DNA of 64,000 nucleotides from Ignavibacteria bacterium UBA2373 (GCA_002344005.1 DDTD01000046.1:66403-130402), one strand, 5' to 3'; counted from the first letter of the stretch, positions 1-10,342 are shown. Numbers and translations: made by a program. Notes: generated by a model not told the origin, from the letters alone.

Positions 1-44
1 AGACTCGGCAATGCCAATGCAAAAAAAGAAATGGGAGAACAATA

Positions 45-1244
45 ATGCTGGCTTCTCTGGCAGAAACAATTACCGATAAAATTAACCATAATGAAGGACA
101 TTTTGTACTCACTCTGTCACAACCACATCCTTTCACTAATAATACTGCCTTTTCAGAAAAAAAACACGTTCTTCGCATACTCCAAAAAAATAGCGATACA
201 TATATACAAGAACAATATTATACGGATACACAACATTTTTCGGAAAAGCCGCTACCTTATACTCCTGACACTCTCTCAACGGTATTGCAGAAGATATTAG
301 ACAAACCCTATAAAAGAGTTCATTTGCAAACGCCATCCGCCGATTTTTTTGCGAAAGTGACTCTCAAAGCAGGTACACAAAAAATATTGACCACAACATC
401 GAAGCCATCCATTACTCAATGGAACAGCGTGCAACACGATAAAAATAAGCAGTATCCGATTACTCCCGACAATTCTCAGAATCTTTTATATGCTTTGGGT
501 ATTACAGATAATCAACAAAGGATTATCCCCTCACGAAGAGATAAATATACACAAATAAATCATTTTATTTCCATTATTCAGACATTGGATTGCTTGACAA
601 ATCCACCATCAGAATTAACTATTGTGGATTGCGGATGCGGAAAAGCATATTTGAGCTTGGCATTATATCATTATTTGACTTCGACATATTCGATGACTGT
701 GCATTTACATGGTATAGATACTAATACATCGGTCATAGATTTTTGCCGTGTAACAGTAGAGAATCTTGCATATAACACTGTTTTTTTTCATAATACTACC
801 ATTGCTGATGCACCCCTTGACTCTGTTAATGCCAATATAGTTATCGCATTGCACGCATGCGATACTGCAACCGATGATGCCTTGGCTTTTGCCGTACAAA
901 AAAATGCTTAAGCGATAGTGGCAGCACCTTGTTGTCATAATTATGTAAACAGTATGTTATCGAAGAATTCAGTTCCCGATAATGCAGCACTGTTAGTGCA
1001 AGACGGTATTACCCGTGAAAGACTAGCAGATTTACTGACCGACAGCATGAGGCGTGATATTCTGATAGGATTCGGATATTCAGCCAAACTCATTGAGTTT
1101 ATCAGCCCTGAGCATACATTGAAAAATATTATGATACGTGCGGAGAAGAAATCTCACGCTTTTGCACCTGATTTCGCGGCTTTTCACACGCAGAGAACTT
1201 TGTGGAATGTTGCGCCGAAATTAGCAGAATTGCTTGACGTGTAA
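45..1244 (+). pseudogene. Class I SAM-dependent methyltransferase interrupted by one in-frame TAA (909-911); ORFs 45..911 and 918..1244 share a frame
   Basis: ATG at 45 follows a GGGAGAA RBS. The first half carries the SAM-binding VDCGCGKAY motif and LHACDTATDDAL. The second half continues in the same frame with APCCHN and a conserved C-terminal region. Translation across the junction reads ...AVQKNA-stop-AIVAAPCCH..., so a single codon is replaced by TAA. Confidence 0.6.
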
Positions 1245-1266
1245 TGATAGTGCAGAAAAAGAAAAA

Positions 1267-1295
1267 AGCGATACACTCAAGTGCATCGCTTTTAT
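1267..1295. terminator. Bidirectional rho-independent terminator hairpin between the methyltransferase gene and tRNA-Ser
   Basis: Stem AGCGATACAC / GTGCATCGCT with loop TCAA, followed by TTTTATT on the plus strand and preceded by AAAAAA (a T-run on the minus strand). Confidence 0.55.
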
Positions 1296-1302
1296 TATGA
1301 AT

Positions 1303-1394
1303 GGCGGAGAGAGAGGGATTCGAACCCTCGGTAGAGCTAAACACCCTACGACGGTTTAGCAAACCGTTGCCTTCAGCCACTCGGCCATCTCTCC
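1303..1394 (-). tRNA. tRNA-Ser (anticodon GCU), CCA encoded
   Basis: Reverse complement reads GGAGAGATGGCCGAGTGGCTGAAGGCAACGGTTTGCTAAACCGT...GGTTCGAATCCCTCTCTCTCCGCCA. Acceptor, D, anticodon (loop TTGCTAA gives GCT) and T arms fold, with the long variable arm typical of Ser. Confidence 0.85.
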
Positions 1395-1539
1395 GTCTGC
1401 CCGATGTGTAAATCGGATTGCGAAAATACGAGAAATTTATCATAATCAAAAATTCAGAGTAAAATTTTACGCTAATTCATATTTTTTTTGCAATTTGATA
1501 TCAAAAACCGAAACGCTTTATCTTATCATAGGTGATTCC

Positions 1540-2559
1540 ATGCTCACATCTCTCCGGCAAACTATTGCAGAGCTTTTAGTCAATAAAGTTGCTCCACCCA
1601 AACATGAACTGTTTCGTTCACGTCACGATATATCCGACCCTCGAATTGGTGATTATCTCTTTTCCTATGAACAAGTTAAAGAAACACAAATCAACACTGT
1701 CGCAGTGCTTTTGAGTGTACCTCAAGACCTTGGAGTATCGCGCAATGGAGGAAGAGCCGGTGCTGCCGCAGCGCCTTATGCCATACTGCAATCATTGTAT
1801 AAACTTACTCCATTCAATGGTGAAGATTCACTTTTTGATACAATACATCTGATTGATGCAGGCACTTTGCTCTTAAATAATCTGACACTCGAAGAAGGAC
1901 AAGCATTGCAAGAGAATGTGGTGTTTACACTGCTTGAACACGGTTTTATACCGATAATAGTAGGCGGAGGACATGAAATTGCATATCCCAATGGAGCGGC
2001 AATCGGTTTACATGCTATGTCATTCGGCATTCTAAATTTTGATGCCCATACGGATGTACGTCCTTTATTGGATGAACGTCTTGGTCATTCGGGCAGTCCC
2101 TTTCGCCAGATTGCAGAGCGAGAAGATATTGCGTTCAATGGCAATTCATTCGTCGAATTCGGTATTCAACCTTGTGCTTCATCTCGCTCACATTGTGACT
2201 ATATTCATCGGCTTGGCGGTACCATAATGACATATACATCAATTCGCCAAACAGGATTTCACACTTCTTTACAAGAGGCATTACGCATAGCTGAAAACGA
2301 TAATGATGCCTTGTATGTATCCTTTGATATTGATGCCATTGCCTCAGCGTATGCTCCGGGTGTCAGTGCGCCTGCAGCAATTGGGTTTACCGCTGATGAG
2401 TTTATAGAAACGGCATATATGGCAGGAAGGAACCCCAAAACACGTTTAGTGGACTTTGTAGAAATGAACCCGCTCTATGATATTGACAATCGCACGGCAA
2501 AACTAGTTGCATTGGGTATAGCATCTTTTTGTTTCGGTCTGGCGGCAAGACATACGTAA
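1540..2559 (+). CDS. Arginase/agmatinase/formimidoylglutamase family metallohydrolase (HutG-like)
   Basis: Motifs GVSRNGGRAGAAAAP, IIVGGGHEIAYP, FDAHTDV and SFDIDAIASAYAPGVSAPAAIG are the Mn-binding signatures of the ureohydrolase family. The ORF track opens at a TTG at 1495. The ATG at 1540 is preferred because an AGGTGA RBS precedes it. Confidence 0.7.
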   Translation: MLTSLRQTIAELLVNKVAPPKHELFRSRHDISDPRIGDYLFSYEQVKETQINTVAVLLSVPQDLGVSRNGGRAGAAAAPYAILQSLYKLTPFNGEDSLFDTIHLIDAGTLLLNNLTLEEGQALQENVVFTLLEHGFIPIIVGGGHEIAYPNGAAIGLHAMSFGILNFDAHTDVRPLLDERLGHSGSPFRQIAEREDIAFNGNSFVEFGIQPCASSRSHCDYIHRLGGTIMTYTSIRQTGFHTSLQEALRIAENDNDALYVSFDIDAIASAYAPGVSAPAAIGFTADEFIETAYMAGRNPKTRLVDFVEMNPLYDIDNRTAKLVALGIASFCFGLAARHT

Positions 2560-2661
2560 AATGGTACAAAAATCATCACGAATAACTGTGTGATGATATA
2601 CATCCTATTCATAGGTCAATCACTTCAATACTACATAATTTTCGAATCTTTATCTTAGCTG

Positions 2662-3936
2662 TCATTTCCATTGTTTTAAGGGTAAAAGCAGTCTTTCTAA
2701 GAGTCGTATATTTTCAGTAATTATTTCCACTTTCCCTTCCATATCTTGCTGAAAAGTAAGCGTTTTCCCATACGAAGTGGTCAATCCTTTATCTAAACTT
2801 ATGGTGGCAATATAAGCATTATCTTTTGCCGATAAAGACATAGTGCGTATGGTGCCGGCAACGGCTCCAAATTCCGTATAAGGATAATTATCGAATTTAA
2901 GTATCACAGGACTACCTATATGCACTTTACCTGCCCCATATTGTGGAACATTAACTTTACCTATAATCTCAATATTGGGAGGAATAACAGTAAAGACCTC
3001 ATCACCTTGATTTACTGACTGATTTTTACTCCACACTCGATAAAAAGAAATAGTTCCGTCAATAGGGCTGCGAAGCATATATTTTTTTTCCCAGAGTTCA
3101 ATAGCACTTTGTAAATTTTTATATGTTTCCCGCAAGCGAACTTCTGTAATATGAATTCTTTCTTGTCTTTGTTGTTCGGTTTCTTGTATATTCTTTTGTG
3201 CATCCACAACACGCATAGAATTATTGACAATATTTGCATCTAATGCATCAAGGGCATATTTTTTTTGCAGAAAATTACTTTCCGACAAAGCTAAATCTGC
3301 ATCAGAGATATGACCTTTTTGTCTGAGAACTTTATCATTATCCATTTTTCTTTCAGCAAGTTCCAAATCACGTTTCAACAATTCTTTTTGTTGCTTTAAT
3401 TTTTGCTCAACTGATTTAGCATAGGTAATTTGTTTTTCAATGGAGACAACACTTGCACTATTATATTCTGCGGAAGAATAAAAACGATAATCCGAAACAG
3501 CAAGTAAAAAATCGGAATATGCGGTTTGAACTTCACCCAGAGTAGAATATTCGGGAAAATACATATTTTCTGCAAGAATTGCTTTGGTTACTGATTGAGA
3601 AATAGAAGTTAATTGTTTCTTGATAATTGCAATTTTGATTGGATCGGCAGCGGTCTCAAGCAATGCAATCGGTTGACCTGCTTTGACCAAAGATGTGTCT
3701 TTGACATATAAATCCACAATACGTCCGGAAGCTTGTGCAATAATTTTAGCGGGCGGATCGGCTGATGTTAAACGACATTGAGCAATAACCACATCGGGAT
3801 AATGAATAAACCATGTTGCACCGATAATTATACACATAAAAATAAAAAGTGCAGCAATTCCCCACCGCATTGTCCATTGTGGCATTTGAGTGAGAATATC
3901 CTCAAACTCTTCACTGTGTTGAGTATGACGCGGCAT
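2662..3936 (-). CDS. HlyD-family membrane fusion/periplasmic adaptor protein (peptide exporter accessory)
   Basis: N-terminal TM segment, long coiled-coil middle region and C-terminal beta domain. Translationally coupled to the upstream C39-ABC transporter (3-nt gap). Confidence 0.75.
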   Translation of the reverse strand: MPRHTQHSEEFEDILTQMPQWTMRWGIAALFIFMCIIIGATWFIHYPDVVIAQCRLTSADPPAKIIAQASGRIVDLYVKDTSLVKAGQPIALLETAADPIKIAIIKKQLTSISQSVTKAILAENMYFPEYSTLGEVQTAYSDFLLAVSDYRFYSSAEYNSASVVSIEKQITYAKSVEQKLKQQKELLKRDLELAERKMDNDKVLRQKGHISDADLALSESNFLQKKYALDALDANIVNNSMRVVDAQKNIQETEQQRQERIHITEVRLRETYKNLQSAIELWEKKYMLRSPIDGTISFYRVWSKNQSVNQGDEVFTVIPPNIEIIGKVNVPQYGAGKVHIGSPVILKFDNYPYTEFGAVAGTIRTMSLSAKDNAYIATISLDKGLTTSYGKTLTFQQDMEGKVEIITENIRLLERLLLPLKQWK

Positions 3937-3938
3937 AA

Positions 3939-6128
3939 TTATGCTCCCAGTTCTAATTGATTTTTAACCAAAGAAAAATATGCGCCTCTTTGTGCAAGTA
4001 ATTGCTCATGGTTGCCCTGTTCAACAATTTTTCCATTATGTAAGACGACAATATTATCGGCATTTTTTACAGTACTCAAACGATGCGCTATAATCAATAC
4101 CGTTTTACCTTTGTATATAGTATTTAACTGCTCGACGATTGTTTTTTCATTCAAAGCATCTAAAGCACTTGTTGCTTCATCAAAAAATAAATAGTCGGGA
4201 TTTTTATATACTGCGCGGGCAATCAATAAACGTTGCTGTTGCCCTGTACTTAATCCTAAGCCCTCTTGCCCGATTTTGGTAGAATACCCTAAAGGCAAAC
4301 CTGTGATAAATTCTCGTATATTAGCCACTTTGACAGCATGCTCCAAGCGTTCGCGATCCAATTTTTCTTCACCGGGAGCAATATTGCGTGCTATGGTATC
4401 AGAAAAAATAAAACCGTCTTGCAACACGACACCACAAGCATCGCGCCATGAATGATGGGCTATAGATTGCAAATCAGTATCGCCAATGCTTATCGTTCCC
4501 GCCGTAGGTTCATAAAATTTTAACAATAATTTTAGCAATGTTGATTTACCGCTTCCACTGGTGCCCACAAGTGCAGTAATTTTTCCTTCAGGAATTGAAA
4601 ATGTCAATGAGTCTAATACGGCAGGGCTATGCGGACCTGTATAATGAAATGACAAATTATGTATATAAATTGACTTATCCTGTGGAACAACATTATATGG
4701 TAATAAATCGGGCTGTTCTTCATTCGGAGCTGCATGAATTTCTGCCATACGTTCAAGACTTAATCTGGCATCTTGCGATAAAAGAAAAAAGCCCAATAAT
4801 TGTTCCACTGGGCTATTAAGGACCCCAAGGATATAAGAAACCGACAGCATCATACCTATGGTCATATTCCCGTTCAGAACTTCATGAGCAGCAAGAAAAG
4901 TAATGACAATATTTTTTAACTCATTAATAAAGAGAATACCCGATTGTTGTTTTTGTGCTAAAGCCAATGCCTTTACATTAAGATGAAACATTTTTGCTTG
5001 CAAGCGTTCCCATTCCCATCTTTTTTGCATTTCAATATTATGCAATTTTATTTCTTGCACACCATGTATCAATTGAATCAAAGAATTTTGATTATCACTT
5101 AATTGCCTAAAACGTTTGTGATCTATGTCTGCCCTTTTTTTGAGAAATGCCAATATCCATAGAACCGAGAGCAGAGTTCCTGCAAAAAACACTATAAACA
5201 TTGTAGTGCTGTAAAGGAAAAACATTACACCGAAGACAAGTAAGGTAAAAAGAGAAAAAATAACAGAAATGGAAGATGAAGTGAGCAAGGTTTCAATGCG
5301 TTTATGATCTTGAATACGCTGCAGGATATCTCCTGTTTTCTTCGTTTCAAAAAATGAAATCGGCAAACGCATTATTTTTCTCAAAAAGTCGGCAATCAAC
5401 GAGATATTAATACGCGAACCAATATGCAATAAGATACGGCTACGTAAGAACTCAATGACAACCTTGCTTAAAAACAGGACAAGTTGCGATATCAGCACAA
5501 TAGTAACAAACTCAGTATTTCTTGTATTGATGCCAATATCCACCAAAGATTGTGTCAGCAAGGGGAAAATTATTCCTATCACACTTATGACAATAGCTCC
5601 TATAAGCAATTGTACAATGAATTGTTTGTAGGGTGCAATGTAGGTCGAAAGAAATGAGAATGCACTGCGTGAGTTTGTCACTTCATTTTCATCATCGGCA
5701 CGATGGAAGGAAGGCGTTGGTTCAAGGAGCAACACGATACCTTGTTGTTGTTCCGGCGGCAACCATCCCTTCAAAAATTCTGCTGAAGAATAGCGTATAA
5801 TACCATGTGCAGGATCGGCAACAGTGACTTTATTTTTTTCTACCTTAATGACAATCACAAAGTGTCTTTGTTCCCAAAATACAATGAGAGGAGTTGTTAA
5901 TGTGCGGAGAGTACCAAAATCCGATTTAGCAGCATGGGTGCGAAAGCCAATACTTTCTGCTGCATTGCTCAGCCCTAACAAAGAAACCCCTATGCGCGAG
6001 ATGTGAGTACGTTCACGCAATGTTTGCATGGTAAATGTTTTGCCATGATACTTGGCAATCATGCGTAAGCATGCCGCGCCGCAATCTTCTGCATCATGCT
6101 GTTTATATATTGGAAACCTTGAAAACAT
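3939..6128 (-). CDS. Peptidase C39 domain-containing ABC transporter (bacteriocin/peptide-processing exporter, ATP-binding/permease)
   Basis: The N-terminus has the C39 catalytic cysteine context QHDAEDCGAACLRM. There are six TM helices and an ABC domain with Walker A GTSGSGKST, signature LSTGQQQRLLIARA and Walker B FFDEATSALD. Confidence 0.85.
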   Translation of the reverse strand: MFSRFPIYKQHDAEDCGAACLRMIAKYHGKTFTMQTLRERTHISRIGVSLLGLSNAAESIGFRTHAAKSDFGTLRTLTTPLIVFWEQRHFVIVIKVEKNKVTVADPAHGIIRYSSAEFLKGWLPPEQQQGIVLLLEPTPSFHRADDENEVTNSRSAFSFLSTYIAPYKQFIVQLLIGAIVISVIGIIFPLLTQSLVDIGINTRNTEFVTIVLISQLVLFLSKVVIEFLRSRILLHIGSRINISLIADFLRKIMRLPISFFETKKTGDILQRIQDHKRIETLLTSSSISVIFSLFTLLVFGVMFFLYSTTMFIVFFAGTLLSVLWILAFLKKRADIDHKRFRQLSDNQNSLIQLIHGVQEIKLHNIEMQKRWEWERLQAKMFHLNVKALALAQKQQSGILFINELKNIVITFLAAHEVLNGNMTIGMMLSVSYILGVLNSPVEQLLGFFLLSQDARLSLERMAEIHAAPNEEQPDLLPYNVVPQDKSIYIHNLSFHYTGPHSPAVLDSLTFSIPEGKITALVGTSGSGKSTLLKLLLKFYEPTAGTISIGDTDLQSIAHHSWRDACGVVLQDGFIFSDTIARNIAPGEEKLDRERLEHAVKVANIREFITGLPLGYSTKIGQEGLGLSTGQQQRLLIARAVYKNPDYLFFDEATSALDALNEKTIVEQLNTIYKGKTVLIIAHRLSTVKNADNIVVLHNGKIVEQGNHEQLLAQRGAYFSLVKNQLELGA

Positions 6129-6282
6129 AGTATCACTTAAAATCCTGTCATTACCGCAATAGCGATTGTGGGCTTACTCAATTCTCTTCTGCGAAAAACC
6201 ACAATGCTCTATGAAAGTACTTTTCTAAACAGAAAGTGGCAAATACTACGCCAAAAGAAATTGTTGGCTAATTATCAACAGA

Positions 6283-6320
6283 TAAAGAAAAAGGCGACTC
6301 ATTCATTTGTGGGTCGCCTT
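6283..6320 (-). terminator. Rho-independent terminator for the GAF/GGDEF gene
   Basis: Stem AAGGCGAC / GTCGCCTT (6291-6320) with a T-run on the minus strand (plus AAAGAAAAA at 6283-6291), directly downstream of the stop at 6353. Confidence 0.5.
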
Positions 6321-6352
6321 CATCAAAATTTTATACTATACGTGATGGTCAA

Positions 6353-8737
6353 TTAGTCAAAGACCGAAACCGTATTTGTTCTTTGCAAAGCCATGGAAAG
6401 AACTCTTTCAGTATTAGCATGGAGCGCGTCGGATGTTTCTCTGGCTCTTGCTTGTGAGACCCCGATGCACACAGTAACAGAAAAACGCTTGCCAAACATA
6501 TCTACAATAGAAATAGCAACTTCTTTGCGCATTTTCTCTGCCCAAAGATGAGCTTGCTGTGCTGTACGTCCGATAAGTAATACAGCCAGCATTCCTTCAT
6601 TCGATTCACCGACAACATCATAAGCATTAAGGTTACGCCTAAGAATTTCAACGACATGACATGTGAGATTTTCTATTGCATCTTGGCTCATTTCAGAAAT
6701 GATATAATGGTCAATTTGAACCAAACATAGTGATAAAGCAATATTGAAATCACCTGCACGGGCAATCTCTTCATCCATACGTTGCTGGAAAGCTGTTCTG
6801 TTAAGAATACCTTTTGTTCTATCCAACATAGCAGAATTATCGAACATTGCATTGAAACGTAATTGTTCAATCATTGTGCCTGCTTGTTCGCCAAGTAATT
6901 CCAAAATTGATATATCGTGGTGTGATATGAACGAGTTACGCGCTTCAATGAAGAGTGTGCCATAACTATGAGAAAGTGATTTGAGCGGAACAGCAAGGAA
7001 ACTGCCTCCTTGAGCTTCGGGTTCAGCATCTGTGACACGAATCATTTCGGGTTCAAGTGGCGCTAAAAGTGTAGTAGATGCCGTCTGAATTGTTTTACCT
7101 ATGACAGAACGTTGCAAATCAACCGGTGTACCGCGAAGAACAATTGTTCTTTCATCCATTGGTCGTATTTCATTGACTATCCATTCATCACAATATTCAT
7201 CATAGAGGCATGTTCCAACCAATGTCGCATCAACCATTTCGGCAGCTGCTTGTATGATACTCGTACATACAGCTGATATGCCGGCAGTGTCGGCATTCGC
7301 CAAAAGATTGCGAAATTTACTTATCACCTCAAGAGCCCTATTTGCTTGAAGTAAATCATACTTACCAGTATAACTTTGTACTAATCCGCTGATAAGTTTG
7401 GTAAAATGACCAAAGAAACTTACTGTAATGGCATCATAAGCGTCAGGTTCTTCAGAGTCAGCACAGAGGACACCTACCACAGTATCATGATAATACACGG
7501 GAACACCAATAAATGACACTGTTTTTGAAGGAGTATGATAATATGGTATCAGATCTAATTCAGCCGAGGATTTAATCTCGGTCAATATTTCAGGTCTTCC
7601 ACCCTGAGCTACTTGGCTAATGACATCACCGGAGAATTTGAACTTTCTTTCTTCGGATATGCTATCTTTAATGTCAGAGATAAATGCTTCTAATACAAGA
7701 TGTTGCTTATCTGCATTAACCCAGAAAAATGCGGCTGTCCTTGCATTTGTCACCGAACGAATAACCATAAGAACACGATTCAGCAAAAAATCAAGCTCTT
7801 TGCGCGGCTCATTGTGTGGAACAAGAGGTGTCTCGTCAGATAAATCTAATTTATCAACATCAATTGTATGACGTTTTGCTGGTCTTTGATTTTCATTATC
7901 TTTTTTGTTTTCAACAACTTCAACAGATTCATTTGAAGTTGGTACATTATGGGTATTGCTTTCAGCAGAAAAATCCTGCGCAACTCTTTCTCCTGTATCA
8001 ACCGTCATATCAGAGTAGGTTTGTTGCTGTGATGATTCTGTGCTGCTTGTATGTTCAACTTGCGGCTCATCGGACGGAGATTTGTGTTCTTCCGTCTTTT
8101 GTTGATATTGTACTACTGGTTCTGTAACAATTTCTACTGCACGGTGAGCGACTTGCTTCTGTACTTCCGGAGATGGTTTCGGTTTTGGAGGCATTGGCGG
8201 AGGTACCTCTCTGCGTTGTGTTGGTTTTGGTGTTGAAGACTTTGCCTTCCCAACGATACGAACATGGGAAATATCATCGCCGAAGTGACGCACACCACTT
8301 TGCTTTGAAGGTCCGTCAGATTCTTTTTTGGGAAGCTCATCGGTAAACTTCGAAGCGACTTTTTTGCGAACTTCTTCTTCAGGATTGTTTTCCGGTATTT
8401 CATCCGGTACATCATCATCACCAAAGGATTTTTTGAAATCGCTGTCATCAAAAATAATTCGGCGACTGCCATTGCCACTTTTTTCTACAGTACGTAATGA
8501 CACATTGGCACTCACAGGTTTACGCGAGTATTCCACTGTTTCGCTCAAACGCTGTGATATCATCATAAAATGTCCGACTCCACCAAGAATCGAAACACAG
8601 ATACCGATAAGCCGAATAGGCAATTCGGGCAAAAAGAGAGCAATACACAAGCCTCCGATAATCGCCAGAAGAGCAAAAACCTCTGTGGCGTTAGCCGGCG
8701 TGATTATTTTTTTCACGTCAATGCTACGATTAACCAT
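6353..8737 (-). CDS. Membrane-anchored signalling protein: 2 TM, long Pro/Glu/Lys-rich disordered linker, tandem GAF domains, C-terminal degenerate GGDEF-like domain
   Basis: Hydrophobic N-terminus, low-complexity region (PPPMPPKPKPSPEVQKQ...), GAF-like segments and a C-terminal GGDEF-like fold (LNRTAFQQRMDEE...SVTVCIGVS...ALQRTNTV). GESNEG replaces the catalytic GG(D/E)EF. Confidence 0.55.
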   Translation of the reverse strand: MVNRSIDVKKIITPANATEVFALLAIIGGLCIALFLPELPIRLIGICVSILGGVGHFMMISQRLSETVEYSRKPVSANVSLRTVEKSGNGSRRIIFDDSDFKKSFGDDDVPDEIPENNPEEEVRKKVASKFTDELPKKESDGPSKQSGVRHFGDDISHVRIVGKAKSSTPKPTQRREVPPPMPPKPKPSPEVQKQVAHRAVEIVTEPVVQYQQKTEEHKSPSDEPQVEHTSSTESSQQQTYSDMTVDTGERVAQDFSAESNTHNVPTSNESVEVVENKKDNENQRPAKRHTIDVDKLDLSDETPLVPHNEPRKELDFLLNRVLMVIRSVTNARTAAFFWVNADKQHLVLEAFISDIKDSISEERKFKFSGDVISQVAQGGRPEILTEIKSSAELDLIPYYHTPSKTVSFIGVPVYYHDTVVGVLCADSEEPDAYDAITVSFFGHFTKLISGLVQSYTGKYDLLQANRALEVISKFRNLLANADTAGISAVCTSIIQAAAEMVDATLVGTCLYDEYCDEWIVNEIRPMDERTIVLRGTPVDLQRSVIGKTIQTASTTLLAPLEPEMIRVTDAEPEAQGGSFLAVPLKSLSHSYGTLFIEARNSFISHHDISILELLGEQAGTMIEQLRFNAMFDNSAMLDRTKGILNRTAFQQRMDEEIARAGDFNIALSLCLVQIDHYIISEMSQDAIENLTCHVVEILRRNLNAYDVVGESNEGMLAVLLIGRTAQQAHLWAEKMRKEVAISIVDMFGKRFSVTVCIGVSQARARETSDALHANTERVLSMALQRTNTVSVFD

Positions 8738-8930
8738 GATATTTTTCTATTTGAAATGAGGAGTTTAGCCGCTGCTGCAATTACGACCATTACAAATTTA
8801 CAAATGAAAAGTAATTAACGCAAATTATTCTAAGAAAAAGTTTTTACAGAATTTGTTTAAGAGCATTTACTATCATCAGATTTCATTCGTTTTTTCTTGT
8901 AAACTGGCCCTCTTCACGATGCTTGTAATG

Positions 8931-9497
8931 CTACTCATGTGATATTTTTGTCTGTCGTACTCGTGCCACTCTTTGGGGATTCTCTTCAAGAAATTTTTTC
9001 CAACTTTTTGCCTTTGTTTTATTTTCATTGCGTTTTAGTGCATGACAAACAGCAATAGCAAGGGCATCGGTAGCATCAAAAAAGTCAGGTGTTTCTTCTA
9101 TTCCCAACATTTTTCTGACCATATAGCCGACTTGTTCTTTTGCTGCATTACCATTACCGGTTACGGATCGCTTCACTTCTTTGGCAGAATATTCCGTGAC
9201 AGGTATTTCCTTGAGAGTTGCCGACAACATTGCAACGCCGCGGGCATGGGAAAGTTTGGCTAATGATTGTGCATTTTTGGCAAAGAATACTGCTTCCAAA
9301 GCAGCTTCATCCGGCAATGTTCTTTCAATCACACTAGTCAATCGTTGATAAATTACCTCTAATCGGCGGGGTAATTCAGCATATTGCTTTTTTGCTTCCA
9401 CTACCCCATATTCCACTAATTTCATTTTTCTGTTTTCAATATCAATCACACCATAACCACAGACTATTGTACCCGGATCAATACCTAAAATTCTCAT
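8931..9497 (-). CDS. ruvC: Crossover junction endodeoxyribonuclease RuvC
   Basis: MRILGIDPGTIVCGYGVID N-terminus and conserved acidic catalytic residues; length 188 aa. Confidence 0.85.
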   Translation of the reverse strand: MRILGIDPGTIVCGYGVIDIENRKMKLVEYGVVEAKKQYAELPRRLEVIYQRLTSVIERTLPDEAALEAVFFAKNAQSLAKLSHARGVAMLSATLKEIPVTEYSAKEVKRSVTGNGNAAKEQVGYMVRKMLGIEETPDFFDATDALAIAVCHALKRNENKTKAKSWKKFLEENPQRVARVRQTKISHE

Positions 9498-10342
9498 TGC
9501 TTTATTTCCATCGTAAATGTGTCTAAAATTTCTGCACCGCCACGTAAATATACGTCGGTAATTCCTTTATTCGAATTCATAAATCCTACAACTAATTGTT
9601 GTCCGGAAGTTGGTACAAGGCGAATAGGTGATGGAATATTATGGGTTAATGCACAATATAGTGCAGTAGATATTGCACCTGTACCGCAAGCCCCTGTTTC
9701 TGCTTCCACACCTCTTTCATATGTTCGCATATATACTACCTCATCCTCTTGACGAGTGTATATATTTACGTTTACCCCTCTCGGCAAAAAATCCGGGTGA
9801 TAGCGTAAAGGAAGTGCAAATTCTACAAGTGGAAATTCAGAAAAGAGATGAGAATTAATTTCTGTTACAAAGTGATCACTGCCAACATTAATGTATCCGC
9901 CAATAATGGTATTACCATTTACAATAATATTTTTTTCTTGTATAATTTCTAAGGGGTCAGGGAAATAAACCGTTACTTCATTATCTTCGATAGTGGCAGT
10001 ATAAAGTGAATTTGCCATAGTAAAAGTAGTTGCAAATTCTTGAGTTATCAATCCACGAGAATATGCAAACTTTACAGCACAACGAGCACCATTTCCGCAC
10101 ATTGCACCGTATGATCCATCAGGGTTAAAAAAATACACAATAAAATCATTAACAGAGTCGCCCTCATTAAGAGCAATTAACCCTTCTGTGGGTTTTGATA
10201 CATTATAGCCACAAATTAATGGCGCATATTTTTCTAACTCTTTTATCGAAAATTTATATTTTCTATTATCTATAACAGAGAATATATTTCCTGCGCCGGA
10301 CATAGTATATACAACTATTTTCATAAGACAAACCTTTGGCAA
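9494..10342 (-). CDS. dapF: Diaminopimelate epimerase
   Basis: MSGAGNIF..., catalytic Cys motifs MCGNGARC and ETGACGTGA; 282 aa; 4-nt overlap with ruvC. Confidence 0.85.
   Translation of the reverse strand: MPKVCLMKIVVYTMSGAGNIFSVIDNRKYKFSIKELEKYAPLICGYNVSKPTEGLIALNEGDSVNDFIVYFFNPDGSYGAMCGNGARCAVKFAYSRGLITQEFATTFTMANSLYTATIEDNEVTVYFPDPLEIIQEKNIIVNGNTIIGGYINVGSDHFVTEINSHLFSEFPLVEFALPLRYHPDFLPRGVNVNIYTRQEDEVVYMRTYERGVEAETGACGTGAISTALYCALTHNIPSPIRLVPTSGQQLVVGFMNSNKGITDVYLRGGAEILDTFTMEIKQ

Noticed and set aside
909-911. Alternative genetic code (TAA reassigned)
   Set aside because: Many long ORFs terminate cleanly at TAA elsewhere, and ORFs of 700-2100 aa are intact under the standard code. A single in-frame TAA is better explained as a mutation or sequencing error.
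1129-1449. 106-aa minus-strand ORF
   Set aside because: It completely overlaps the tRNA-Ser gene and the terminator hairpin, so it is spurious.
3012-3239. 75-aa minus ORF and other 60-100 aa ORFs nested in or antisense to large genes (e.g. 4012..4194, 33113..33361, 36020..36259, 49254..49532)
   Set aside because: They are embedded in out-of-frame or antisense positions of well-supported genes, have biased low-complexity composition and carry no independent signals.
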